Assembly: GCF_009914755.1 (NCBI RefSeq)
Contig: NC_060948.1
DNA: 64,000 nt
Strand: one strand, 5' to 3'
Origin: the human T2T-CHM13v2.0 reference genome, Homo sapiens
The notes under the pieces: model-generated
Told to the model about the DNA's origin: nothing
What the model saw: only the letters and a program-made list of their open reading frames with translations
The model's database searches: none
Made by a program: the position numbers and the translations under genes
In this document: in pieces, positions 11,107-25,210 of the stretch
Layout of the letters: every line of letters begins with the position of its first letter
Position numbering within the stretch: position 1 is the first letter of the stretch

Positions 11107-14100
11107 TTTCACGGAATGGAATCAAACTGAATGGAATCAAATCAATGGAATATAATCAAATGGAATGGAAAGGAATTGAATGGAGTAGATTGGATTGGAT
11201 GGGATTGGAATGAAATGTACTGGAAAGGACTCGAAATTCATGAAACGGAATGGAATGAACTGGAACGGAATGGAATCGAATGGAATGGAATGTCATGGAA
11301 TGGCATCAAATGGAATGGAATCGAATGCGATGGAATGCTATGGAATGGAATGGAATGCATAGGAATGGAATGTCCTCTAATGGAATGTATTCGAGTGGAA
11401 TGGAATCGAATATAATGGAGTCTAATGAAATGGAGTTGAAAGGAATGGGACCGAATACAATGGAATAAACTGGAATGTAATGTAATGAACTCGAATGTAA
11501 TTGACTGGAATGGAATGTACATGAATGGAATGTAATCGAATGGAAAGCAATCCAATGGAATAGAATCTAATGCAATAAAATCGACTCAAATAGAGTAGAA
11601 TGTAATGGAATGGAGTGCAGTGCAATGGAATGGAATGGAATGCAACGGAATGGAATGGAATGGAATGGAATGGGATGGAATGGTATGGAATGGATAGTAA
11701 TGGACTGGAGTGAAATGGACTGGAAAAGAATGGACTCAAATTGAAAGGGCTCGAAAGGAATGGAGTCAAATGGAATGGTCTGGAATGGAATGAACACGAA
11801 TGTAATGCAATCCAATAGAATGGAATCGAATGGCATGGAATATAAAGAAATGGAATCGAAGAGAATGGAAACAAATGGAATGGAATTGAATGGAATGGAA
11901 TTGAATGGAATGGGAACGAATGGAGTGAAATTGTATGCAGTAGAAGAGAATAGAATGGAATGCAAGCGAAAGGAAAGGAATGGATTGGAATGGAATGGAA
12001 TTCATTGGAATGGAAGGGAATGTAGTGTAATGGACAGGCCTGGAATAAAGTGGAATGCTACGGTCTCGAATGGAATAAAAATGTATGGAATGGAATGCAA
12101 TGAAACGGAATCGAATGTCATAGAATGTAATGGAATGCAAAAAAATGGACTCCAAAATCATTGACTGGAAAGGCTGGGTGTCGAAAGGAATTGACTCCAA
12201 TGGAATGGAATCGAATGGAATGGAAGTGAATAGAATCGAACTAAATCGAATGGAATGGAATTGATAGGAACGGAATGGAAAGGAATGCAATGATTTGGCA
12301 TGGAATGGAATCGAAAGGCATCGAATGGAATGGAATGGAATGCAATGGAATGGAATGTATTAGAATGTAATGAACATTAATGGAAAGTACTCGAATGGAT
12401 TCGACTGGAATGGAATGTTCTGGAAGTGAATGGACTCCAATGGAATGGATTCGAAAGGAATGGAATCGAACGGAATGGAATTAAACGGAAATGAATCAAA
12501 TAGAATAGAACGGAATTGAATTGAATGGAATCGAATGCAATGGAATCTAATGAAACGGAAAGGAATGGAATGGAATGGGCTGGAATGGAATGGAATCGAA
12601 ACGAATGGAATGGAATCGAACTGAAGAGACTGGAATGGAATGCACTGGAATGGAAGGGAATGTAATGGAAGGTTCTCGAAAAAAATGGAATCGAAAGGAA
12701 TGGAATTGAATGGAACGGAATAGAGTCGAATGGAATTCAATGGAATGGAATGGACTAGAGTGAAATGGAATCGAACCACAAGGAATGGACAGGAATAGAA
12801 TGGTCTCGAATTGAATGGAATCGTATGGAATGGCATCAAACGGAATGGAATGGACGGCCACGGAATGGAATGCACTCGAATGCAATGGAGTCGAAACTAA
12901 TGGACTGGAATAGAATGGACTCGACTGGTACGGACTCCAATGGAATGGAATCGAATGGAAGGGAATCGAACGGAATGGACTCGAAGGGAAAAGACTGCAA
13001 TGGAAAGGTCTCGAATGGAATGGAAATTAATGGAATGGAATGGAATCGAATGAAATGGAGTCAAAAGGAATGGAATCGAATGGCAAGAAATCGAATGTAA
13101 TGGAATCGCAAGGAATTGATGTGAACGGAACGGAATGGAATGGAATCCAAAGGAATGGAATAGAATGGAATGGAATCGAATGGAAAGGACTCGAATGGAA
13201 ATCACTCGAATAGAATGCAATTTAATAAAATAGGATCAAATGTAATGGAATGGAATGGAAAGGAATCGAAACGAAAGGAATGGAGACAGATGGAATGGAA
13301 TGGAACAGAGAGCAATGGTATAGAATGGAATGGAATCATCTGGAATGGAATTGAATGGAATGGAATAATATGAAATGGAATGGAATGGAATGGAATACCC
13401 TTGAATTAAATGGACTGGAATGGAATGGACTCGAACAGAGTGGAATGGAAAGTGTTGAAATAGAATGGAATGGACTCGTTTGGAATGGTCTAGTATGCAA
13501 TGCAATCGACTGGCAGGGAATCAAAAGGAATGTAATCGAATGGATTGGACTGGAATGCAATGGACTCGAATAGATTGGAAACGGAAAGCAAAGGAATGGA
13601 ATGGAATAGTATGGAATGGAATGCAAAGGAATGGAGTGGAATAGACTAGAGTGGAATGGAATGGACTGGAAAGCAATGGACTGGAATGGAACTTTCTTGA
13701 ATGGACTGGAATCAAACGGAATGGAATGCAATGCAATCAAATGGCATGGAATAAAATAGAATGAAAGAGAATCAAATGGAATTGAATCGAATGGAATCGA
13801 ATGGATTGGAAAGGAATAGAATGGAATGGAATGGAATTGACTCAAATGGAATGGACTAGAATGGAATGGATTCGAATGGAAGGCAAAGGAATGGAATCTA
13901 TTGGAATGGACTGTAATGGAATGGAATGGAAGGGATTGTAATGGACTCGAATGGAATGGACTGCAGTAGAAAGGATTCGAATGGAATGAAAAAGAATTGA
14001 ATGGAATAGAACAGAATGGAATCAAATCGAATGAAATGGAATGGAATAGAAAGGAATGGAATGAAATGGAATGGAAAGGATTCGAATGGAATGCAATCGA

Positions 14101-14619
14101 ATGGAATGAAATCGAATGGAATGGAATCGAACGGAATGGAATAAAATGGAAGAAAACTGGCAAGAAATGGAATCGAAATGAATGGAGTGTTACGGAACGG
14201 ACTCAAAAGGAATTGAATGTAATAGAATGGAGTGGAGTGGACTCGAATATAATGGACTAGAATGGAATGAAATCACATGGAATGGGAACGAATGGAATGG
14301 AATGGAAAGGAATGGAATCGAATGGAAAGGAATCGAATGGAAGGGAATGAAATTGAATCAACAGGAATGGAAGGGAGTAGAATAGACGGTAATGGAATGG
14401 ACTCGAATAGAATGGACACGAATGCTCAAATTGAATGGACTCGAATGGAATGGCAACGAAAGGAATGTCATCGAATGGAATTGAATCGTTGGAATGAAAT
14501 CACATAGAATGGAGTGGAATCAAATGGAATTGAATCGAAAGGAAAGGAAGCGAATGGACTGAAATGAAATGGAATGGAATTGAATGGAAATTAATGCAAT
14601 GGAATAGAATGGAACGAAA
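11107..14619 (+). repeat. DYZ1 unit U4, type A' (3513 bp)
   Basis: A markers plus GCATAGG and GAATACCC. Confidence 0.9.
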
Positions 14620-17600
14620 TTTCACGGAATGGAATCAAACTGAATGGAATCAAATCAATGGAATATAATCAAATGGAATGGAAAGGAATTGAATGGAGTA
14701 GATTGGATTGGATGGGATTGGAATGAAATGTACTGGAAAGGACTCGAATTTCATGAAACGGAATGGAATGAATTAGAACGGAATGGACTCGAATGGAATG
14801 GAATGTCATGGAATGGCATCAAATGGAATGGAATCGAATGCAATGGAATGCTTTGGAATGGAATGGAATGCATTGGAATGGAATGTCCTCTAATGGAATG
14901 TATTCGAGTGGAATGGAATCGAATATAATGGAGTCTAATGAAATGGAATTGAAAGGAATGGGACCGAATACAATGGAATATACTGGAATGTAATGTAATG
15001 AACTCGAATGTAATTGACTGGAATGGAATGTACATGAATGGAATGTAATCGAATGGAAAGCAATCCAATGGAATAGAATCTAATGCAATAAAATCGACTC
15101 AAATAGAGTAGAATGTAATGGAATGGAGTGCAGTGCAATGGAATGGAATGGAATGGAATGCAATGGAATGGAATGGAATGGAATGGGATGGAATGGTATG
15201 GAATGGATAGTAATGGACTGGAGTGAAATGGACTGGAAAAGAATGGACTCAAATTGAAAGGGCTCGAAAGGAATGGAGTCAAATGGAATGGTCTGGAATG
15301 GAATGAACACGAATGTAATGCAATCCAATAGAATGGAATCGAATGGCATGGAATATAAAGAAATGGAATCGAAGAGAATGGAAACAAATGGAATGGAATT
15401 GAATGGAATGGAATTGAATGGAATGGGAACGAATGGAGTGAAATTGTATGCAGTAGAAGAGAATAGAATGGAATGCAAGCGAAAGGAAAGGAATGGATTG
15501 GAATGGAATGGAATTCATTGGAATGGAAGGGAATGTAGTGTAATGGACAGGCCTGGAATAAAGTGGAATGCTACGGTCTCGAATGGAATAAAAATGTATG
15601 GAACGGAATGCAATGAAACGGAATCGAATGTCATAGAATGTAATGGAATGCAAAAAAATGGACTCCAAAATCATTGACTGGAAAGGCTGGGTGTCGAAAG
15701 GAATTGACTCCAATGGAATGGAATCGAATGGAATGGAAGTGAATAGAATCGAACTAAATCGAATGGAATGGAATTGATAGGAACGGAATGGAAAGGAATG
15801 CAATGATTTGGCATGGAATGGAATCGAATGGCATCGAATGGAATGGAATGGAATGCAATGGAATGGAATGTATTAGAATGTAATGAACTTTAATGGAATG
15901 TACTCGAATGGATTCGACTGGAATGGAATGTTCTCGAAGTGAATGGACTCCAATGGAATGGATTCGAAAGGAATGGAATCTAATGGAATGGAATTAAATG
16001 GAAATGAATCAAATTGAATAGAACGGAATTGAATTGAATGGAATCGAATGCAATGGAATCTAATGAAACGGAAAGGAAAGGAATGGAATGGATTGGAATG
16101 GAATGGGCTGGAATGGAATGGAATCGAAACGAATGGAATGGAATCGAACTGAAGAGACTGGAATGGAATGCACTGGAATGGAAGGGAATGTAATGGAAGG
16201 TTCTCGAAAAAAATGGAATCGAAAGGAATGGAATTGAATGGAACGGAATAGAGTCGAATGGAATTGAATGGAATGGAATGGACTAGAGTGAAATGGAATC
16301 GAACCACAAGGAATGGACAGGAATAGAATGGTCTCGAATTGAATGGAATCGTATGGAATGGCATCAAACGGAATGGAATGGACAGCCACGGAATGGAATG
16401 GACACCCACGGAATGGAATGCACTCGAATGCAATGGAGTCGACACTAATGGACTGGAATAGAATGGACTCGACTGGTACGGACTCCAATGGAATGGAATC
16501 GAATGGAAGGGAATCGAAAGGAATGGACTCGAAGGGAAAAGACTGCAATGGAAAGGTCTCGAATGGAATGGAAATTAATGGAATGGAATGGAATCGAATG
16601 AAATGGAGTCAAAAGGAATGGAATCGAATGGCAAGAAATCGAATGTAATGGAATCGCAAGGAATTGATGTGAACGGAACGGAATGGAATGGAATCCAAAG
16701 GAATGGAATAGAATGGAATGGAATCGAATGGAAAGGACTCGAATGGAAATCACTCGAATAGAATGCAATTTAATAAAATAGGATCAAATGTAATGGAATG
16801 GAATGGAAAGGAATCGAAACGAAAGGAATGGAGACAGATGGAATGGAATGGAACAGAGAGCAATGGTATAGAATGGAATGGAATCATCTGGAATGGAATT
16901 GAATGGAATGGAATAATATGAAATGGAATGGAATGGAATGGAATGCCCTTGAATTAAATGGACTGGAATGCAATGGACTCGAACAGAGTGGAATGGAAAG
17001 TGTTGAAATAGAATGGAATGGACTCGTTTGGAATGGTCTAGTATGCAATGCAATCGACTGGCAGGGAATCAAAAGGAATGTAATCGAATGGATTGGACTG
17101 GAATGCAATGGACTCGAATAGATTGGAAGCGGAAAGCAAAGGAATGGAATGGAATAGTATGGAATGGAATGGAAAGGAATGGAGTGGAATAGACTAGAGT
17201 GGAATGGAATGGACTCGAAAGCAATGGACTGGAATGGAACTTTCTTGAATGGACTGGAATCAAACGGAATGGAATGCAATGCAATCAAATGGCATGGAAT
17301 AAAATAGAATGAAAGAGAATCAAATGGAATTGAATCGAATGGAATCGAATGGATTGGAAAGGAATAGAATGGAATGGAATGGAATTGACTCAAATGGAAT
17401 GGACTAGAATGGAATGGATTCGAATGGAAGGCAAAGGAATGGAATCTATTGGAATGGACTGTAATGGAATGGAATGGAAGGGATTGGAATGGACTCGAAT
17501 GGAATGCGCTGCAATAGAAAGGATTCGAATGGAATGAAAAAGAATTGAATGGAATAGAACAGAATGGAATCAAATCGAATGAAATGGAATGGAATAGAAA

Positions 17601-18168
17601 GGAATGCAATGAAATGGAATGGAAAGGATTCCAATGGAATGCAATCGAATGGAATGAAATCGATTGGAATGGAATCGAACGGAATGGAATAAAATGGAAG
17701 AAAACTGGCAAGAAATGGAGTCGAAATGAATGGAGTGTTATGGAACGGACTCAAAAGGAATTGAATGTAATAGAATGGAGTGGAGTGGACTCAAATATAA
17801 TGGACTGGAGTGGAATGAAATCACATGGAATGGGAACGAATGGAATGGAATGGAAAGGAATGGAATCGAATGGAAAGGAATCGAATGGAAGGGAATGAAA
17901 TTGAATCAACAGGAATGGAAGGGAGTAGAATCGACGGTAATGGAATGGACTCGAATAGAATGGACACGAATGCTCAAATTGAATGGACTCGAATGGAATG
18001 GAAACGAAAGGAATGTCATCGAATGGAATTGAATCGATTGGAATGAAATCACATAGAATGGAGTGGAATCAAATGGAATTGAATCGAAAGGAAAGGAAGC
18101 GAATGGACTGAAATGAAATGGAATGGAATTGAATGGAAATTAATGCAATGGAATAGAATGGAACGAAA
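14620..18168 (+). repeat. DYZ1 unit U5, type D (3549 bp)
   Basis: GCTTTGG, TATGGAACGG, 20-bp duplication at 16381-16420, second EcoRI site lost, ATGCGCTG, AATCGACGG. Confidence 0.9.
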
Positions 18169-21100
18169 TTTCACGGAATGGAATCAAACTGAATGGAATC
18201 AAATCAATGGAATATAATCAAATGGAATGGAAAGGAATTGAATGGAGTAGATTGGATTGGATGGGATTGGAATGAAATGTACTGGAAAGGACTCGAATTT
18301 CATGAAACGGAATGGAATGAATTAGAACGGAATGGACTCGAATGGAATGGAATGTCATGGAATGGCATCAAATGGAATGGAATCGAATGCGATGGAATGC
18401 TATGGAATGGAATGGAATGCATTGGAATGGAATGTCCTCTAATGGAATGGATTCGAGTGGAATGGAATCGAATATAATGGAGTCTAATGAAATAGAATTG
18501 AAAGGAATGGGACCGAATACAATGGAATATACTGGAATGTAATGTAATGAACTCGAATGTAATTGACTGGAATGGAATGTACGTGAATGGAATGTAATCG
18601 AATGGAAAGCAATCCAATGGAATAGAATCTAATGCAATAAAATCGAGTCAAATAGAGTAGAATGTAATGGAATGGAGTGCAGTGCAATGGAATGGAATGG
18701 AATGGAATGCAATGGAATGGAATGGAATGGGATGGAATGGTATGGAATGGATAGTAATGGACTGGAGTGAAATGGACTGGAAAAGAATGGACTCAAATTG
18801 AAAGGGCTCGAAAGGAATGGAGTCAAATGGAATGGTCTGGAATGGAATGAACACGAATGTAATGCAATCCAATAGAATGGAATCGAATGGCATGGAATAT
18901 AAAGAAATGGAATCGAAGAGAATGGAAACAAATGGAATGGAATTGAATGGAATGGAATTGAATGGAATGAGAACGAATGGAGTGAAATTGTATGCAGTAG
19001 AAGAGAATAGAATGGAATGCAAGCGAAAGGAAAGGAATGGATTGGAATGGAATGGAATTCATTGGAATGGAAGGGAATGTAGTGTAATGGACAGGCCTGG
19101 AATAAAGTGGAATGCTACGGTCTCGAATGGAATAAAAATGTATGGAATGGAATGCAATGAAACGGAATCGAATGTCATAGAATGTAATGGAATGCAAAAA
19201 AATGGAATCCAAAATCATTGACTGGAAAGGCTGGGTGTCGAAAGGAATTGACTCCAATGGAATGGAATCGAATGGAATGGAAGTGAATAGAATCGAACTA
19301 AATCGAATGGAATGGAATTGATAGGAACGGAATGGAAAGGAATGCAATGATTTGGCATGGAATGGAATCGAATGGCATCGAATGGAATGGAATGGAATGC
19401 AATGGAATGGAATGTATTAGAATGTAATGAACTTTAATGGAATGTACTCGAATGGATTCGACTGGAATGGAATGTTCTCGAAGTGAACGGACTCCAATGG
19501 AATGGATTCGAAAGGAATGGAAACTAATGGAATGGAATTAAACGGAAATGAATCAAATAGAATAGAACGGAATTGAATTGAATGGAATCGAATGCAATGG
19601 AATCTAATGAAACGGAAAGGAATGGAATGGAATGGGCTGGAATGGAATGGAATCGAAACGAATGGAATGGAATCGAACTGAAGAGACTGGAATGGAATGC
19701 ACTGGAATGGAAGGGAATGTAATGGAAGGTTCTCGAAAAAAATGGAATCGAAAGGAATGGAATTGAATGGAACGGAATAGAGTCGAATGGAATTCAATGG
19801 AATGGAATGGACTAGAGTGAAATGGAATCGAACCACAAGGAATGGACAGGAATAGAATGGTCTCGAATTGAATGGAATCGTATGGAATGGCATCAAACGG
19901 AATGGAATGGACAGCCACGGAATGGAATGGACACCCACGGAATGGAATGCACTCGAATGCAATGGAGTCGACACTAATGGACTGGAATAGAATGGACTCG
20001 ACTGGTACGGACTCCAATGGAATGGAATCGAATGGAAGGGAATCGAAAGGAATGGACTCGAAGGGAAAAAACTGCAATGGAAAGGTCTCCAATGGAATGG
20101 AAATTAATGGAATGGAATGGAATCGAATGAAATGGAGTCAAAAGGAATGGAATCGAATGGCAAGAAATCGAATGTAATGGAATCGCAAGGAATTGATGTG
20201 AACGGAACGGAATGGAATGGAATCCAAAGGAATGGAATAGAATGGAATGGAATCGAATGGAAAGGACTCGAATGGAAATCACTCGAATAGAATGCAATTT
20301 AATAAAATAGGATCAAATGTAATGGAATGGAATGGAAAGGAATCGAAACGAAAGGAATGGAGACAGATGGAATGGAATGGAACAGAGAGCAATGGTATAG
20401 AATGGAATGGAATCATCTGGAATGGAATTGAATGGAATGGAATAATATGAAATGGAATGGAATGGAATGGAATGCCCTTGAATTAAATGGACTGGAATGC
20501 AATGGACTCGAACAGAGTGGAATGGAAAGTGTTGAAATAGAATGGAATGGACTCGTTTGGAATGGTCTAGTATGCAATGCAATCGACTGGCAGGGAATCA
20601 AAAGGAATGTAATCGAATGGATTGGACTGGAATGCAATGGACTCGAATAGATTGGAAACGGAAAGCAAAGGAATGGAATGGAATAGTATGGAATGGAATG
20701 CAAAGGAATGGAGTGGAATAGACTAGAGTGGAATGGAATGGACTCGAAAGCAATGGACTGGAATGGAACTTTCTTGAATGGACTGGAATCAAACGGAATG
20801 GAATGCAATGCAATCAAATGGCATGGAATAAAATAGAATGAAAGAGAATCAAATGGAATTGAATCGAATGGAATCGAATGGATTGGAAAGGAATAGAATG
20901 GAATGGAATGGAATTGACTCAAATGGAATGGACTAGAATGGAATGGATTCGAATGGAAGGCAAAGGAATGGAATCTATTGGAATGGACTGTAATGGAATG
21001 GAATGGAAGGGATTGGAATGGACTCGAATGGAATGGACTGCAGTAGAAAGGATTCGAATGGAATGAAAAAGAATTGAATGGAATAGAACAGAATGGAATC

Positions 21101-21697
21101 AAATCGAATGAAATGGAATGGAATAGAAAGGAATGGAATGAAATGGAATGGAAAGGATTCGAATGGAATGCAATCGAATGGAATGCAATCGAATGGAATG
21201 GAATCGAACGGAATGGAATAAAATGGAAGAAAACTGGCAAGAAATGGAATCGAAATGAATGGAGTGTTATGGAACGGACTCAAAAGGAATTGAATGTAAT
21301 AGAATGGAGTGGAGTGGACTCGAATATAATGGACTGGAATGGAATGAAATCACATGGAATGGGAACGAATGGAATGGAATGGAAAGGAATGGAATCGAAT
21401 GCAAAGGAATCGAATGGAAGGGAATGAAATTGAATCAACAGGAATGGAAGGGAGTAGAATAGACGGTAATGGAATGGACTCGAATAGAATGGACACGAAT
21501 GCTCAAATTGAATGGACTCGAATGGAATGGAAACGAAAGGAATGTCATCGAATGGAATTGAATCGATTGGAATGAAATCACATAGAATGGAGTGGAATCA
21601 AATGGAATTGAATCGAAAGGAAAGGAAGCGAATGGACTGAAATGAAATGGAATGGAATTGAATGGAAAGTAATGCAATGGAATAGAATGGAACGAAA
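18169..21697 (+). repeat. DYZ1 unit U6, type E (3529 bp)
   Basis: TACGTG, ATCGAGTCA, AATGAGAACG, GGAAACTA, 20-bp duplication, GTCTCCAAT. Confidence 0.9.
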
Positions 21698-24600
21698 TTT
21701 CACGGAATGGAATCAAACTGAATGGAATCAAATCAATGGAATATAATCAAATGGAATGGAAAGGAATTGAACGGAGTAGATTGGATTGGATGGGATTGCA
21801 ATGAAATGTACTGGAAAGGACTCGAAATTCATGAAACGGAATGGAATGAACTGGAACGGAATGGAATCGAATGGAATGGAATGTCATGTAATGGCATCAA
21901 ATGGAATGGAATCGAATGCGATGGAATGCTATGGAATGGAATGGAATGCATAGGAATGGAATGTCCTCTAATGGAATGTATTCGAGTGGAATGGAATCGA
22001 ATATAATGCAGTCTAATGAAATGGAATTGAAAGGAATGGGACCGAATACAATGGAATAAACTGGAATGTAATGTAATGAACTCGAATGTAATTGACTGGA
22101 ATGGAATGTACATGAATGGAATGTAATCGCATGGAAAGCAATCCAATGGAATAGAATCTAATGCAATAAAATCGACTCAAATAGAGTAGAATGTAATGGA
22201 ATGGAGTGCAGTGCAATGGAATGGAATGGAATGCAACGGAATGGAATGGAATGGAATGGAATGGGATGGAATGGTATGGAATGGATAGTAATGGACTGGA
22301 GTGAAATGGACTGGAAAAGAATGGACTCAAATTGAAAGGGCTCGAAAGGAATGGAGTCAAATGGAATGGTCTGGAATGGAATGAACACGAATGTAATGCA
22401 ATCCAATAGAATGGAATCGAATGGCATAGAATATAAAGAAATGGAATCGAAGAGAATGGAAACAAATGGAATGGAATTGAATGGAATGGAATTGAATGGA
22501 ATGGGAACGAATGGAGTGAAATTGTATGCAGTAGAAGAGAATAGAATGGAATGCAAGCGAAAGGAAAGGAATGGATTGGAATGGAATGGAATTCATTGGA
22601 ATGGAAGGGAATGTAGTGTAATGGACAGGCCTGGAATAAAGTGGAATGCTACGGTCTCGAATGGAATAAAAATGTATGGAATGGAATGCAATGAAACGGA
22701 ATCGAATGTCATAGAATGTAATGGAATGCAAAAAAATGGAATCCAAAATCATTGACTGGAAAGGCTGGGTGTCGAAAGGAATTGACTCCAATGGAATGGA
22801 ATCGAATGGAATGGAAGTGAATAGAATCGAACTAAATCGAATGGAATGGAATTGATAGGAACGGAATGGAAAGGAATGCAATGATTTGGCATGGAATGGA
22901 ATCGAAAGGCATCGAATGGAATGGAATGGAATGCAATGGAATGGAATGTATTAGAATGTAATGAACATTAATGGAAAGTACTCGAATGGATTCGACTGGA
23001 ATGGAATGTTCTGGAAGTGAATGGACTCCAATGGAATGGATTCGAAAGGAATGGAATCGAACGGAATGGAATTAAACGGAAATGAATCAAATAGAATAGA
23101 ACGGAATTGAATTGAATGGAATCGAATGCAATGGAATCTAATGAAACGGAAAGGAATGGAATGGAATGGGCTGGAATGGAATGGAATCGAAACGAATGGA
23201 ATGGAATCGAACTGAAGAGACTGGAATGGAATGCACTGGAATGGAAGGGAATGTAATGGAAGGTTCTCGAAAAAAATGGAATCGAAAGGAATGGAATTGA
23301 ATGGAACGGAATAGAGTCGAATGGAATTCAATGGAATGGAATGGACTAGAGTGAAATGGAATCGAACCACAAGGAATGGACAGGAATAGAATGGTCTCGA
23401 ATTGAATGGAATCGTATGGAATGGCATCAAACGGAATGGAATGGACGGCCACGGAATGGAATGCACTCGAATGCAATGGAGTCGAAACTAATGGACTGGA
23501 ATAGAATGGACTCGACTGGTACGGACTCCAATGGAATGGAATCGAATGGAAGGGAATCGAACGGAATGGACTCGAAGGGAAAAGACTGCAATGGAAAGGT
23601 CTCGAATGGAATGGAAATTAATGGAATGGAATGGAATCGAATGAAATGGAGTCAAAAGGAATGGAATCGAATGGCAAGAAATCGAATGTAATGGAATCGC
23701 AAGGAATTGATGTGAACGGAACGGAATGGAATGGAATCCAAAGGAATGGAATAGAATGGAATGGAATCGAATGGAAAGGACTCGAATGGAAATCACTCGA
23801 ATAGAATGCAATTTAATAAAATAGGATCAAATGTAATGGAATGGAATGGAAAGGAATCGAAACGAAAGGAATGGAGACAGATGGAATGGAATGGAACAGA
23901 GAGCAATGGTATAGAATGGAATGGAATCATCTGGAATGGAATTGAATGGAATGGAATAATATGAAATGGAATGGAATGGAATGGAATACCCTTGAATTAA
24001 ATGGACTGGAATGGAATGGACTCGAACAGAGTGGAATGGAAAGTGTTGAAATAGAATGGAATGGACTCGTTTGGAATGGTCTAGTATGCAATGCAATCGA
24101 CTGGCAGGGAATCAAAAGGAATGTAATCGAATGGATTGGACTGGAATGCAATGGACTCGAATAGATTGGAAACGGAAAGCAAAGGAATGGAATGGAATAG
24201 TATGGAATGGAATGCAAAGGAATGGAGTGGAATAGACTAGAGTGGAATGGAATGGACTGGAAAGCAATGGACTGGAATGGAACTTTCTTGAATGGACTGG
24301 AATCAAACGGAATGGAATGCAATGCAATCAAATGGCATGGAATAAAATAGAATGAAAGAGAATCAAATGGAATTGAATCGAATGGAATCGAATGGATTGG
24401 AAAGGAATAGAATGGAATGGAATGGAATTGACTCAAATGGAATGGACTAGAATGGAATGGATTCGAATGGAAGGCAAAGGAATGGAATCTATTGGAATGG
24501 ACTGTAATGGAATGGAATGGAAGGGATTGTAATGGACTCGAATGGAATGGACTGCAGTAGAAAGGATTCGAATGGAATGAAAAAGAATTGAATGGAATAG

Positions 24601-25210
24601 AACAGAATGGAATCAAATCGAATGAAATGGAATGGAATAGAAAGGAATGGAATGAAATGGAATGGAAAGGATTCGAATGGAATGCAATCGAATGGAATGA
24701 AATCGAATGGAATGGAATCGAACGGAATGGAATAAAATGGAAGAAAACTGGCAAGAAATGGAATCGAAATGAATGGAGTGTTACGGAACGGACTCAAAAG
24801 GAATTGAATGTAATAGAATGGAGTGGAGTGGACTCGAATATAATGGACTAGAATGGAATGAAATCACATGGAATGGGAACGAATGGAATGGAATGGAAAG
24901 GAATGGAATCGAATGGAAAGGAATCGAATGGAAGGGAATGAAATTGAATCAACAGGAATGGAAGGGAGTAGAATAGACGGTAATGGAATGGACTCGAATA
25001 GAATGGACACGAATGCTCAAATTGAATGGACTCGAATGGAATGGCAACGAAAGGAATGTCATCGAATGGAATTGAATCGTTGGAATGAAATCACATAGAA
25101 TGGAGTGGAATCAAATGGAATTGAATCGAAAGGAAAGGAAGCGAATGGACTGAAATGAAATGGAATGGAATTGAATGGAAATTAATGCAATGGAATAGAA
25201 TGGAACGAAA
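21698..25210 (+). repeat. DYZ1 unit U7, type A'' (3513 bp)
   Basis: A' markers plus TTGAACGGAG, GTCATGTA, TAATGCAGTC, TAATCGCATG, GGCATAGAA. Confidence 0.9.
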
